From positions 1 to 64,000 of IMG/VR virus record IMGVR_UViG_3300025687_000024: a stretch of DNA of 64,000 nt. One strand, 5' to 3'. Made by a program: the position numbers and the translations under genes. The stretch is from a virus. The notes under the pieces are model-generated. The model made no database searches, was not told the DNA's origin, and saw only the letters and a list, made by a program, of their open reading frames with translations. Each line of letters starts with the position of its first letter. Within the stretch, counting starts at the first letter, position 1. Shown here one piece after another: positions 28,063 through 38,770 of this stretch.

Positions 28063-30615
28063 ATGGCTACCAACGTCGAGACCCTTCTGCAGGAACTCGT
28101 CGCCATCTACGACGACACCATCGACACCGGCACGGGGTCCTCCTTCCACTCCCAGGTCATCACGCCGCTGCTGGCCCGCCTCGGGGACGACCCGCTGTCG
28201 GTGGATGCCGAGGCGCTCATCCAGCAGGTGGTGGAGGAATACGACGACACCATCGATACGTCTGACTACTCGGACTTCCGGGACCTGGTCATCCGGATCA
28301 TGTCCATCATCCAGGAGCCGCTGCGGCGCGAGATCGCTGGGATCAAGGTCGGGCTGAGCCTCAACGACTACGAGGCGGCGACGCGCGCCGAGGTCGATGC
28401 CCTGTTGGGCAACTACTTCACTGCTCTGGGAGAGGGCGGAGTCGCGACGGGCACCGTGCGTGTCTGGTTCTACTCCCCGCAGTCGGCCACCTTCTCCACG
28501 CTGATGCGGTTCTACACGGGCGGGGGGTTGAACTTCTACCCCAGCGCGACGCAGAGCATCAGCGCTACCCAGATGAGCTTCCAGCAAGCCGGGAGCCTCT
28601 ACTACGCCGACGTGACCGTCACGGCGGAGGCGCGGGGATCGGACTACAGCGTGGGGGCCGGGGCGATCATCGGTGTGAGCGGCTTGGCGGGAGTCGCGCG
28701 GGTGAGCAACACGTCGTCGTTCGCTGTGGTGGCTGACGACGAGACCAAGGCGGAGGGGGTCGAACGGGCGCAGACCTCGGTGACGCAGCGTACGCTGGCC
28801 ACGCTGCAGGGCATCGGCTTCGTCCTGGACGAGAGCTACAGCGCCTACGCGCCGTTTCAGGTCATCGGCAAGGGCGAAGACGAGATGGAGCGCGACATCG
28901 TCTGGGGACCTGCGATGGTGTCCGGTCTTCCCGGCGGCATCGTCGGCGACAGCCTTCCGTCCGTGGGCGCCGGTGCCCACATCCACATCGGAGGCATGAC
29001 CGACGTGTACGCGTACCAGCCGGCCCCCGACACGGGAACGCTGGAGATCGCGGACATCACCGACTGGGGCGTGCGCGTGGCTGCGGGGACGCACGGGTAC
29101 ACCCAGGCAGGGGGAGCTACGAGCATCTGGCGGGATGACCACGGGCACTTCGCCACCAAGGGGGTGGCTGCCGGGGACAAGCTGCGCCTCGGAGCTGATC
29201 TCTATGACATCGACGTGGTGAGCGAAGGCGAGCTCGAGATCGACGGGTCGCTCGACGGCTCGATGTACGAGCAGACCTACGAGGTCGTGCGGCAGTATGA
29301 GGGGTACATCGACATCCCGCTGTTCGACCTCGTGGCTCTCGACAGCTCGGGCGAGGCTGTGCTGGATGACGACGACAACCCGGTCCAGCCGACGCCGGGG
29401 GATCCCGACCTGGGGCAGCTACTCGATGAGCTCGGCGAGCCCGTGGTCAAGAGCGACAACATCTGCGAGGGGAACCTGCAACTCCCGCTGGTGGCCCCAG
29501 TCTCGGTGCAGCATCTCGACCCCCTCACCCTGGAGGCCACGGGGACCTACATTCCCTGCTGCGACGTGGTGCTGGTGACGACGCCGGCGGGGTTCACCGG
29601 CGGTGGGCCGGCGGCGAAGGCTGCGGGCTTGGTGCGCGTGTTCTTCCGGGAAGCGGTCAACGCCTGGGCGGACTGGCTGACGACTCGCTTCACCTACCAG
29701 ACGAGGACGTTCCGCCCTGTGCGGTTGACGGGCCCCACCTACACTGCGCGCATCGCGGATGTGGGAGGCACGCTCACGCTCATCCTCGAGGATGACTACA
29801 CCGCGGAGTTCTCCGGCGGCTGGCGCTTCCTCTTCGACGGCACGGTGTGGGAGGCCTTGAGCCTGACCGAGGTGGCGGGGGAGACGCACGTGACCACGAG
29901 GGTCGAGCCTGCGGCGGCCAAGCCGTCGGCGACGTTCTCGGCACTCAAGGGGGTGCTCGAGGCCGACATGCAGCAGGACGAGGACACGGGGCTCTACTAC
30001 ATGGACGTGCTGGTCGAGGCGCTGCTCAACGGGGCCGCGGGCAACCTGGCCGCGGACACCGAGCTCGCGGTGACAGCGTTCAAGGCCGAGGGGTGGACCG
30101 TCCACAACCTGAGCGCATCCGATGCGTTCAGCACACGAGAGAAGGCCTACCTGCGGCTGACTCGCTGGGTCAACGACGACGTGGATCTCGAGGATCCGCT
30201 GACCGCGCCGGCGGTGCAGCTCTACTACAGGTACGCGTCGGGCTTGAGTTCGCTGCAGGACTTCGTCGAGAGCGAGGACGAGCGCTGCGTCGGAGAGGAC
30301 ATCCTCATCAAGCACTACCGCCCGCTCTACGTCGCCGGCGACTTCCTGGTAGGTGGCATCACCGAGGAAGCGGCGGGAGACCTCCTGGAGGAGACCATCA
30401 ACGCGGTCGCGCCCGACGACGGCCTCGAGGTAGCTGACCTGGTAGATGAGCTGAAGGGAAGCGCCACGCGGGTGCGGTCTCCGCTCACCCTGGTGGCCTT
30501 GGGACAGGATGCCCAGCGCAGGTGGACTGCCGAGGTGGTCGACGACACGGTGAGCACCACGCGCATCCAGCACCTGGTCTACGATGCCGAGAGGACGACC
30601 ATCACGGCGGAGTAG
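28063..30615 (+). CDS. Baseplate J-like (gp6/gp47) wedge protein
   Basis: ATGTVRV, VTAEARGSDY, VSNTSSF...DDETKAEGVER motifs. Confidence 0.75.
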   Translation: MATNVETLLQELVAIYDDTIDTGTGSSFHSQVITPLLARLGDDPLSVDAEALIQQVVEEYDDTIDTSDYSDFRDLVIRIMSIIQEPLRREIAGIKVGLSLNDYEAATRAEVDALLGNYFTALGEGGVATGTVRVWFYSPQSATFSTLMRFYTGGGLNFYPSATQSISATQMSFQQAGSLYYADVTVTAEARGSDYSVGAGAIIGVSGLAGVARVSNTSSFAVVADDETKAEGVERAQTSVTQRTLATLQGIGFVLDESYSAYAPFQVIGKGEDEMERDIVWGPAMVSGLPGGIVGDSLPSVGAGAHIHIGGMTDVYAYQPAPDTGTLEIADITDWGVRVAAGTHGYTQAGGATSIWRDDHGHFATKGVAAGDKLRLGADLYDIDVVSEGELEIDGSLDGSMYEQTYEVVRQYEGYIDIPLFDLVALDSSGEAVLDDDDNPVQPTPGDPDLGQLLDELGEPVVKSDNICEGNLQLPLVAPVSVQHLDPLTLEATGTYIPCCDVVLVTTPAGFTGGGPAAKAAGLVRVFFREAVNAWADWLTTRFTYQTRTFRPVRLTGPTYTARIADVGGTLTLILEDDYTAEFSGGWRFLFDGTVWEALSLTEVAGETHVTTRVEPAAAKPSATFSALKGVLEADMQQDEDTGLYYMDVLVEALLNGAAGNLAADTELAVTAFKAEGWTVHNLSASDAFSTREKAYLRLTRWVNDDVDLEDPLTAPAVQLYYRYASGLSSLQDFVESEDERCVGEDILIKHYRPLYVAGDFLVGGITEEAAGDLLEETINAVAPDDGLEVADLVDELKGSATRVRSPLTLVALGQDAQRRWTAEVVDDTVSTTRIQHLVYDAERTTITAE

Positions 30616-30787
30616 GGCAGGTAGGGCAGCGGTAGACGATGCGGCCGCTCGCGTTGACCTCCGGGGCCATGAGGCGCTGGCAGTCAGGGCAGCGTTCGGG
30701 CTCCAGCAGGCTCTGCAGAGGCTGATGGTCTTTCAGGAGCTCCGCGGCCAGGCTCGGGGGGAGCGCTCTCGGCTTCTGGGTCGTCAC
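30602..30787 (-). CDS. Small zinc-ribbon protein
   Basis: SD AAGGAGG + GTG; CPDC...CPTC. Confidence 0.6.
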   Translation of the reverse strand: MTTQKPRALPPSLAAELLKDHQPLQSLLEPERCPDCQRLMAPEVNASGRIVYRCPTCPTPP

Positions 30788-31031
30788 GGCGGCCTCCTTG
30801 GATGACCCGAAGGGTGGGTACTCCGGGGATGGGATATGCTAGTTTCCTCGCGGCCGCAGATACTTCGTGTTCGAGGTAGGCTGGGTCCACGTCCCCGCTG
30901 GCGCGGAGCTGCTCCAGGACGAAGGAGAGGTAGTCCAGATGGTCGCCGCAGAAGTTGAACCGCAGGAAGTCCAGCTCTTCGGGAGGCTCCACGGCGCTAC
31001 TTCGGCAGGTCTTCGCGTTGCAGGTGAACAT
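30684..31031 (-). CDS. Small putative Zn-binding protein (C-x4-C...C-x2-H)
   Basis: GC3-rich codons from MFTCNAKTC; contains LRVIQGG; 3' end overlaps the next gene by about 100 nt. Confidence 0.5.
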   Translation of the reverse strand: MFTCNAKTCRSSAVEPPEELDFLRFNFCGDHLDYLSFVLEQLRASGDVDPAYLEHEVSAAARKLAYPIPGVPTLRVIQGGRRDDPEAESAPPEPGRGAPERPSASAEPAGARTLP

Positions 31032-32562
31032 GTCTGAGCTCAGCACCACCGCACTGGACAGGAACGGCATCCAGCGGCTCCTGAACGATAACATCAGGGA
31101 CCTGCAGTTCGTGGATGTCAGCTCGTCCGAGTTCGCCAACCCGTCAGCGGGCTACACGGGCTACGCAGCGAACGGCTACTGGTACTTCCAAGGAGCTCTA
31201 CGGCCGCTGGAGGTACCGTACAAGGCGCTGTGGGCGCAGGAGGGCGAAGGCGCCCCGTCGCTGCACCGGGGGGATCTCGACTCCTTCCCTGACCGCATCC
31301 TCGTGGTGACGACCGACGTGGAGGTGGTGCTGCTCGACGCCGACAGCCTCGACGTGTGGATGCGCTTCGTCCTGCTGCTCGGACCGGCTGGCGGCGCCTA
31401 CGGCAACTTCCTGGGCGGGCCTGCCACCGAGATCTACCAGGCCAGGTTCTGCGAGGGTTACCTGGTAGTAGCCACCAGTGCGGGACTGCGCGTCGCAGAC
31501 TTCCGCCAGGATAGGGGGACGGTGCACGCGCAAGGGGACTCCATGCGCTCGCGGTACAAGGACGACGGGGCGCCCTACGTCGGACTCTCGCTGCGCAACG
31601 CCGATGAGTACCTCGAGTACGCCCCGCTGGCGGCGTCCGCTGACCTGGCTGACGACGTGACCTCTTGCTGTGCCGTGGCTCCTGTGGGGGACTCCGTTGT
31701 CGCGGCGCTGGGGACCCCGACGGGGCTCGCAGCGCTCGTGCTCTACGAAGGCGCTCTGGGGGTACCAACAGCCAAGACCCACGCGACGTTCTCGCAAGAC
31801 TACGCAGCCTCCGGCGGGCGCGCGCTGGACGACGCTGACGGCGACGCGGTGACGCCCTACTTCACGGACGATCCGCGCACGTGGGAGAGCGATGGAGTGC
31901 GCCCGGGAGACGTGCTCGCGCTGCCAGGGAGCTCCCACCGGGTGGTCGAGGTGACCGACCAGCACCTCGAGGTGGTACCGGAGCTCTCCGTGACTGCGCT
32001 GGAGGACGACTACACCATCTTCCGCCCGGTGTCTGCCGTGCTGGTGCGCGATGGCGGCGTGCTCTACTACGCGAACGGCACGACGCGGGTGGCGCGAGAG
32101 AGCACCGAGGACTGGTACACGGGCCCGGGCTTGCTGGACCCCTTCGGGGCGTCGGCCAACGGGGTGCCGCTGCACAGCTTGGTCACCGCGGTACACTGCA
32201 TCGTCCCGCGAGGCACGGACTACTACGTGGGCACCGACCTCGGTGTGTTCTTCGCCCCGGATGCGTCCTTCGACACGCAGACTGCCGCCGAGCTGCGCTA
32301 CGCCGCTTCCGAGGGCAGCGTGGCGGTCACCTACCCGGTCTTGGAGGGAGTGATCAACGAAGTGGTCGCCCTGGCAGTCGACCCGGAGACCGGGCACGTG
32401 CTGGTGGCCGCCACGGACGAGGCGGCCTCTTGCGTGACCGAGATCGACGTGAGCATCCACCAGGCGTTCCGCTACTTCGCGACCGACGACCTCGGGGGAA
32501 CAGTCAACGCCCTGGCGGCTTTCCGCAACCCCCAAGGCCCGCCTGACGCGGAGGTGAGCTGA
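31030..32562 (+). CDS. Acidic beta-propeller-like baseplate protein
   Basis: Likely start is the ATG at 31030 (SD AGGTG); LVVATSAGL, YVGTDLGV, VALAVDP blades. Confidence 0.6.
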   Translation: MSELSTTALDRNGIQRLLNDNIRDLQFVDVSSSEFANPSAGYTGYAANGYWYFQGALRPLEVPYKALWAQEGEGAPSLHRGDLDSFPDRILVVTTDVEVVLLDADSLDVWMRFVLLLGPAGGAYGNFLGGPATEIYQARFCEGYLVVATSAGLRVADFRQDRGTVHAQGDSMRSRYKDDGAPYVGLSLRNADEYLEYAPLAASADLADDVTSCCAVAPVGDSVVAALGTPTGLAALVLYEGALGVPTAKTHATFSQDYAASGGRALDDADGDAVTPYFTDDPRTWESDGVRPGDVLALPGSSHRVVEVTDQHLEVVPELSVTALEDDYTIFRPVSAVLVRDGGVLYYANGTTRVARESTEDWYTGPGLLDPFGASANGVPLHSLVTAVHCIVPRGTDYYVGTDLGVFFAPDASFDTQTAAELRYAASEGSVAVTYPVLEGVINEVVALAVDPETGHVLVAATDEAASCVTEIDVSIHQAFRYFATDDLGGTVNALAAFRNPQGPPDAEVS

Positions 32563-35537
32563 TGGCGTACGTTCTGGGAGGATCGTTTGGCGGGGTGTTC
32601 GAAGCAGCCTCGCTCTCGGTCATCGAGCAGCAGTACGATCCCGTCTACGGGACGGCCATCGACACCAGCTTCCTCTGGAACCTCTTGGGGAGCTACTACC
32701 GCACGGTCATGGCCGATCACGAGGTGTTCGAGGCCGTGTGGGACGCCATGCTTCGCGTGCAAGCGGCGGACCTGCTGCACCTCTGGGAGGTGGACTACTC
32801 CAAGAGCCTGCGAGACGTTCCGGTCTACTCGCAGCGGATGTGGCTGAAGTACGAGTTCATGCAGGACGTGGCGTTCACGGAGGACCCGGGCTTCCTCGAA
32901 GCGGGGACGCCGGACATGTTCGCCTACGGGAGCAGTGAGCTCGCAAGCGTCTGGACGAACCGTGCGGCGTTGTCCGATGGAGCTTGGCTGGAGCTGCGGG
33001 GAGAAGTCACCGAGGCGGCCTCGCTGGCGTGGACTGCGCGCATGCGGTTCGACGCGGTGGAGCGGCACGGGACGGCGCTGTGCGGCTACGGCAGCTCGAC
33101 GGCGACGGGCATGGCAGGGATGATCCTGGCGGGCGTCGTCGGGGACTCGTCCAGCGAGGATGCCCCGTACCCGGTCCTCGTGCACCTGGATCCCGCCGGC
33201 GGGTTGACCTACCGGAAGGCCGCTGCCGTGCTGTCGACCGAGGTCGAGTACGACTTCGTGGTCGCCTACCGGGCAGCCGATGGCGCCCTGACCCTCGAAG
33301 TGCTCGAGGTAGAGGCGGTGAAGGTCTCCGGGGTGAGCGGGTACACCGGGGACGAGAACGAGATCTACTCGTCGGAGTTCGCCGATGACACGGCCGAGTT
33401 CGTGTCGGAGGGGGTCGTGCCCGGGGACTACCTGGTCTACGCCGGTACGAGCTACGAGATCCTGACGGTGACGGAGACCACCCTGACCGTCACCACCGGC
33501 CTGCTCCCCGCCAGCGCTACTGGACTGAGCTACGAAGTGCGCGGAGCGCACCAGGTGGCGGCGTTGGCCATGACGCTACCGGCAGTGGCGGCTGACCCGG
33601 GGTTCACCGTGGACAGGTTCGGTACGTGCGCGTTCGACTTGAGGCACCGCGCGGCGGGCTTCATAGGGACCGTGGCTGTGGCGAATCGCCGGCGAGTGCG
33701 CGGCGCCGTGACTGGACTGAGCTACTTCGACCCGGTCGACGCCAACACGGTTGTCTCCGTGCCGTTGCTGCAGGACAAGGTGGGCGCCCCGACGGCGATG
33801 CTCTACGAGGGCACGGACTTCACCATCCAGGACTCGGTGTTCCTCTTCCAGGAGCCGCCCACGGCCGCCTGGTGGGCGCCGTACGCTCGCTACGACGAGG
33901 CCTTCATCGAGAACAACTTCGGCGTCGCCGTCGGCTTGTCGGAGGCGTCGTCCGAGGACTACCTGGCCAAGGTGCGCGGCCTCTTCTACGCCTACTACAA
34001 GGGCCCCACCCCCGCGGCGCTTCGGACAGGAGTGCAGATCATGCTCGGGCTCCCCATTGCGGCGAGCGCGGGCGCAGTCGAGGCGGTCAACCCGAGCTAC
34101 TCGGGGCAGTACGGGCAGATCGTGATCGGCGGGAAGGGGTACCTGTACCCGCTGGCTGTGGGGACCGACCTCGTAGTCGGGGACGAGGTGGATGCCTACC
34201 AGCCGCTCTCCCTTGGCGTGGAGATCCGGGACTGGCTGAGTCACCCCGAGTGGTTCCTTCCCCTGGGGCTCTCGGAGATCGAGAAGTACCACACCTTCTG
34301 TGTGCTGGTGAACCTCGATGCGTTCAACACCGCCGACCTCACGCAGGCCGCCAGCTTCGTCGAGCGGCTCCGGCCTACGTGGAAGTCTGCCCTCTTCGTG
34401 GGCTACAAGGAGGTCGCGGACACCATCGATATCGACGACAGCATGACGGTGGCCATCGCGTACACCTTGGTGGACACGCTGTGCTCCGGTCCCCTGGTGG
34501 CCTACGACGACGCTGAGTGGGAAGGCGACGAGGCCGACTGGAGGTTCGACCAGGGGGAGGTTGACTGGGAGGCCACGAGTGCGGCCATGCGGGGGAGTGC
34601 CGTGCACCGTACCAAGGTGCTGACGCTCGGACTGTACGGCCCTGCTGGGCAGCGTGAGCGCCTCTCGGGAGTGCTCACGCTCACGGATGCCAGCGCGGTG
34701 GTTCTGGGCACGGGTACGGCCTTCCTCTCCGAGATCGGAGGCCCCGGCGCTGTGACGGACACCTACCTGCTGTTCGAGGACCCGGTGACCGGCGAGCTCG
34801 CTACCTGGTGCCGCGTGCTCGCCGTGCTCGACGATGAGACCCTCACGCTCACCGCGGCCTTCTCGGGAGACACCGGGGACTACCTGGCCGCTCTCGGGGA
34901 TCCTGACTACCGCAAGGTCTACTTCGACCAGTACCACGAGCTGCATCCGGAGGAGCGCCTCACGGTGGTGCTGGGAACTTCCCCCGGCATCGCGGAGACC
35001 ATGCTGACCGGGAGAGCCAGCTGCGGCGTCGGGGAGACCTGGCTCCACGGAGAGCTGTCGGACTGGCTGGCAGAGATCGGCAGTGGAGCCGTGGTGGACA
35101 AGTACGTCGTCTTCCCGGACGGGGAGTGGGTGCGCGTGTCCTTCGTGGACGACCCCGAGTCCGCTACGCTGGCCTCCCCCGCGCCCGCGACGCACACCGA
35201 GGTGCTCATCTTCTTGGCAGACGATGTGCTCGCCGGGACGCTGGACTTCCTCGCCGGCAGCGCCACGGTGGCGACGACGGACAACCTCGTAGGCGTCGTG
35301 GCCCCTGGTGACTGCGTGCAAGCGGTCCCCGGGAGCGGGCCGGTGGTCGAGGTGCAGAGCGTCGCGGCCGGAAGCCTCACGCTGGTGGACGACTACCCGG
35401 GCGCCGACGCTCTCGGGACCAAGGCCATCAACCGGGGCGCGTGGTCCGACGTCGTGACGGGGCTCGGGGACCTCACAGGGTGGTACGGGACGGCTGGAGG
35501 GACTGCCACCTACCAGGTGCCCGAGGAGTCCCCATGA
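32562..35537 (+). CDS. Baseplate wedge (gp7/gpI-like) multidomain protein
   Basis: NNFG...SEDYLAKVRGLFYAYYKGPT...LR; ERLRPTWK. Confidence 0.6.
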   Translation: MAYVLGGSFGGVFEAASLSVIEQQYDPVYGTAIDTSFLWNLLGSYYRTVMADHEVFEAVWDAMLRVQAADLLHLWEVDYSKSLRDVPVYSQRMWLKYEFMQDVAFTEDPGFLEAGTPDMFAYGSSELASVWTNRAALSDGAWLELRGEVTEAASLAWTARMRFDAVERHGTALCGYGSSTATGMAGMILAGVVGDSSSEDAPYPVLVHLDPAGGLTYRKAAAVLSTEVEYDFVVAYRAADGALTLEVLEVEAVKVSGVSGYTGDENEIYSSEFADDTAEFVSEGVVPGDYLVYAGTSYEILTVTETTLTVTTGLLPASATGLSYEVRGAHQVAALAMTLPAVAADPGFTVDRFGTCAFDLRHRAAGFIGTVAVANRRRVRGAVTGLSYFDPVDANTVVSVPLLQDKVGAPTAMLYEGTDFTIQDSVFLFQEPPTAAWWAPYARYDEAFIENNFGVAVGLSEASSEDYLAKVRGLFYAYYKGPTPAALRTGVQIMLGLPIAASAGAVEAVNPSYSGQYGQIVIGGKGYLYPLAVGTDLVVGDEVDAYQPLSLGVEIRDWLSHPEWFLPLGLSEIEKYHTFCVLVNLDAFNTADLTQAASFVERLRPTWKSALFVGYKEVADTIDIDDSMTVAIAYTLVDTLCSGPLVAYDDAEWEGDEADWRFDQGEVDWEATSAAMRGSAVHRTKVLTLGLYGPAGQRERLSGVLTLTDASAVVLGTGTAFLSEIGGPGAVTDTYLLFEDPVTGELATWCRVLAVLDDETLTLTAAFSGDTGDYLAALGDPDYRKVYFDQYHELHPEERLTVVLGTSPGIAETMLTGRASCGVGETWLHGELSDWLAEIGSGAVVDKYVVFPDGEWVRVSFVDDPESATLASPAPATHTEVLIFLADDVLAGTLDFLAGSATVATTDNLVGVVAPGDCVQAVPGSGPVVEVQSVAAGSLTLVDDYPGADALGTKAINRGAWSDVVTGLGDLTGWYGTAGGTATYQVPEESP

Positions 35538-35692
35538 GCTTCCTGAAGCCCCTGGTCGACCGCCTCCGACCGCGGGACACCGTGCAGGTGTTGTTGAAGA
35601 AGGACGGGAAGCCTGTCGCCGCGGCGTACGCGGATGATAAGGTGAAGCACGCAACGACCCCGGAGAAGCCTGATGTTCGCCCTCATCGTTAA
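35534..35692 (+). CDS. Small basic hypothetical protein
   Basis: SD GAGGAG, ATGA overlap. Confidence 0.5.
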   Translation: MSFLKPLVDRLRPRDTVQVLLKKDGKPVAAAYADDKVKHATTPEKPDVRPHR

Positions 35693-36254
35693 GGCCAGGT
35701 TCTGGCTGCGGTCTCTGGTCAAGGCTGGCCAGGCGTTCGTGGATACGCTGAAGCCCAGCGGTCACGTTGAGGTCGTTCTGCGGTACGCAGACGGCCCGTT
35801 GGCGGGGCAGGTGGCCCGCGTGCTGCGCGGACGCAACGTGGTGACGGGGTTCGTGTCCTTCCCGGCGACGCCCCCCTACTCGGGGAGGGACATCGTCCGG
35901 CGCCTCATCGTTCCCGCGGCCCAGGCCGGGAGTCTGAGCACCAACGATGACGTCACGGTGCAGTACTGTGAGCTGGGCGACGGCACCGCCGCCGAGACCG
36001 CAGCGGACACCGACCTGCAGTCCGCCATCTCACCGAGTACCCTGAAGGCACTGGCCGAGGTGGAGTACGACACCGCCAACCCCTACGTCACCTTCATCTT
36101 CAACTACGACGAGAGCGAGGCCAACACGGAGATCTCCGAGATGTGCTTGCGCTCTGGTTCGACACCTGCCGACTTCTGGGCGCGGAAGACCATCACGCCG
36201 TTCACGAAGACCTCGGAGTTCACGATGCAGGTGCGCTGGCAGATCCGGGTGTAG
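35673..36254 (+). CDS. Tail collar/fibre-attachment type protein
   Basis: NVVT.G, ELGDGT...DTDL, EANTEISEMCL, FTKTSEFTMQVRWQI pattern. Confidence 0.6.
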   Translation: MFALIVKARFWLRSLVKAGQAFVDTLKPSGHVEVVLRYADGPLAGQVARVLRGRNVVTGFVSFPATPPYSGRDIVRRLIVPAAQAGSLSTNDDVTVQYCELGDGTAAETAADTDLQSAISPSTLKALAEVEYDTANPYVTFIFNYDESEANTEISEMCLRSGSTPADFWARKTITPFTKTSEFTMQVRWQIRV

Positions 36255-36257
36255 CGC

Positions 36258-38768
36258 ATGAGCATCTCCGACAAGCTCAGTACCCATGCCGAGATGACGG
36301 CGGACCTCGAGTTCGTCCAGTACCTCGAGCAGCTCGTCTCGGGCTCCGAGGCATCCGGCACGGGCGTCAACAGGTCGCTGGAGCGCCTGGCCTACGGGCT
36401 CGACGCGCTGCTGGATACGGTCCAGGGGACCAAGGGGCTGTTCATCACGGGCGGGGGTGTCATCGCCTGGAGCCATGCCACCAACCAGCTGACGTGGTCG
36501 GCCCACATCTACTTCTACTTCCCCCACGAGCTCGGCGGCGCCGCCTGGAATCGCCTCCCCGTGGGGTCGAGTCCTCTCACCATCGACGCTTCCGGGAAGG
36601 TGGCCTACGTCGTCTTTGACCGTACGACGGACGCCAACGTGGCATCCGTGGGCGTGGCGAACAGCATGGCGGCGTTCATGGCCACGCTCTCGGGGGACAA
36701 GGACCGCCTGGACTACCACCCTGTGGCCTACCGGGACGGCGACGACCTCATCCTGTGGGACGGCCGTAGGGTGCGCTCGGGCTACTCCCTCTCGGTCAAC
36801 GGCTTCCGGGACACCCAGTATGCGCAGCAGACCGAGGTCACGGCCATGCGCGCCCGGGAACGGGATGACCTCAAGCTGAGGCTGCACGGCGGAGGTACGG
36901 TCTCCTGGGACGAGGGTACTGGGGAGCTCGCTTGGGACGGCCAGCTGCACATCGCCTTCCCCCACAAGAGCGGGGACAACTACATCCCGGCCGGGAGCGT
37001 GACCCTGACTGCGGGTGACGTGGCCTACGTGACTCTGAACAGGGCGCCCGGGGGAGGGAGCATCGATCTCGGAGCCCCTACGGTCGTCGCAGACGGGTCT
37101 GTCCCCGACGGGGACGGGCAGGAGGATGTCTTCGTCATCGCCCTGCGCGACGCGACAGACGGCCGCGTGTACCTGGCGGACGGGACGGCCCTGTCCGACG
37201 GCGAAGCGGTGCTGCTCGGCGGCGTGCGTTCCGGGCTCCAGTGGGCCTACTTCTCTGCGGGGGATGACGCTCAGGTCACGGACCTGACCGAGGGAGGGGC
37301 CTACAGCAACCGGGCCTATCGGGTTGGCTCCAAGGAGCTGATGGTCTACAGGAACGGTGCGAAGGCTCGCGGGGCGCTGAACTGCTACTGGGCAGGCGGG
37401 GTCTACCCCTTCACGGGGGCGCTGGTGGGGACGTACACCGACGAGGACCACTACGTCGAGTACGACGACGGAGACGGCACGGGGTCCAAGATCATCTGGA
37501 TCGCTGACCTGCAGGCCGTGGCAGAGCCCATCTACCACGCCCCGGGCGCTCGCCTTCCTGCTACGCGCGCGCTCTTCACGTGGCCCAGCACGGACGACTG
37601 GCTGGAGGTCTTCGTCGGGCTGCACGGTGAAGGGCCCAGCCCGGTCGAGTCCATCGGCTTGGAGCCCGAGCCGGGTGACGGTCCCTTGGAGGGTGCCGTC
37701 AAGCTGAAGGAAGGCACCAACATCACGATGACCTACGAGTTGGCGACGAACTCGATCATCATCTCCGCGTCGGTCACCGCTGGCGTGAACAGCCTCTCCG
37801 TGGATGGCGGAGACCAGCGCACGGGCAACATCGATATCGTCAGCGGGCCGGGGATCGAGGTCGTCGACGGCGAGACCACGTTCACCATCAACAACCTCAT
37901 CACGTCCCTGGCGGACCTGACCGGGGTCGATGCAGACCTCGAGGATGCCATCCTCGATGCCGGGGACTCTCCCCTGGGTACCTTCCCGCCCAGCGCGGAC
38001 AACCCCCTGGTGACCTACGAGGGCCTGCTCGCGTCGCTGGGCGTGAGCTCGACGACGTCCCCTGTGTGGGGCTTCGACGTGATCCTGTTCACGGCGGATG
38101 CAGTCCACCTCGGGATCGGTGCGGTTCACCTCGACGGAACGGTCTACCAGGCAACCGCCGCCCTCTCGGTCGAAGTCTCCGACGTCGTGGCCGGCGAAGC
38201 TGTGTTGACCGACGACTGGAACTTCATCTACGTGGGCTACGACGAGGGCGCCGGCGCGCTGGCGGGCTTCGTCTCGCCGACGGCCCCAGGCCTCGGAGGG
38301 CTGCACCCATCGCCGCCCGGGGACTACGCTCTGCGGTGCCTCACCAGCGTCTACGTGACCTCGGGCAGTGAGTTCAAGCGGGGGGTGAAGCAGGGCGGCT
38401 GGGTCACGCTCGAAGACCCGGTCAGCACCGGGACGTCCGTGGACATCGCCGGCGGGAGTGCGCTGAACGACATCGGCGCGGCGCTCCCCGACGGCGGGAG
38501 TCACGTGCCCGCTGTTGCGCTGCGCATCTCCCTCCTGCTGTACAGCTCGGGGAGCCTTCGGCTCGGCTACGACGGCTCGGAGGGGACGGACTACACCTAC
38601 GTCTACCAGGGCGGGGATGCTGGGGAGTACGTCACCTACGACATCAAGACCACCATCGGAGCTGAGCGGAAGGTGCGGACGATCCTCAACGCTCAGGTCA
38701 GTGCCCAGCTCGGCTACTGGCTCGTCGGGTATGCCGAGAGCTTCCACGCGTTCGGGGACTGGAGGTAG
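36258..38768 (+). CDS. Tail fibre/spike-like protein
   Basis: Two N-terminal repeated domains, GVNSL repeat, acidic and beta-rich. Confidence 0.55.
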   Translation: MSISDKLSTHAEMTADLEFVQYLEQLVSGSEASGTGVNRSLERLAYGLDALLDTVQGTKGLFITGGGVIAWSHATNQLTWSAHIYFYFPHELGGAAWNRLPVGSSPLTIDASGKVAYVVFDRTTDANVASVGVANSMAAFMATLSGDKDRLDYHPVAYRDGDDLILWDGRRVRSGYSLSVNGFRDTQYAQQTEVTAMRARERDDLKLRLHGGGTVSWDEGTGELAWDGQLHIAFPHKSGDNYIPAGSVTLTAGDVAYVTLNRAPGGGSIDLGAPTVVADGSVPDGDGQEDVFVIALRDATDGRVYLADGTALSDGEAVLLGGVRSGLQWAYFSAGDDAQVTDLTEGGAYSNRAYRVGSKELMVYRNGAKARGALNCYWAGGVYPFTGALVGTYTDEDHYVEYDDGDGTGSKIIWIADLQAVAEPIYHAPGARLPATRALFTWPSTDDWLEVFVGLHGEGPSPVESIGLEPEPGDGPLEGAVKLKEGTNITMTYELATNSIIISASVTAGVNSLSVDGGDQRTGNIDIVSGPGIEVVDGETTFTINNLITSLADLTGVDADLEDAILDAGDSPLGTFPPSADNPLVTYEGLLASLGVSSTTSPVWGFDVILFTADAVHLGIGAVHLDGTVYQATAALSVEVSDVVAGEAVLTDDWNFIYVGYDEGAGALAGFVSPTAPGLGGLHPSPPGDYALRCLTSVYVTSGSEFKRGVKQGGWVTLEDPVSTGTSVDIAGGSALNDIGAALPDGGSHVPAVALRISLLLYSSGSLRLGYDGSEGTDYTYVYQGGDAGEYVTYDIKTTIGAERKVRTILNAQVSAQLGYWLVGYAESFHAFGDWR

Positions 38769-38770
38769 AC

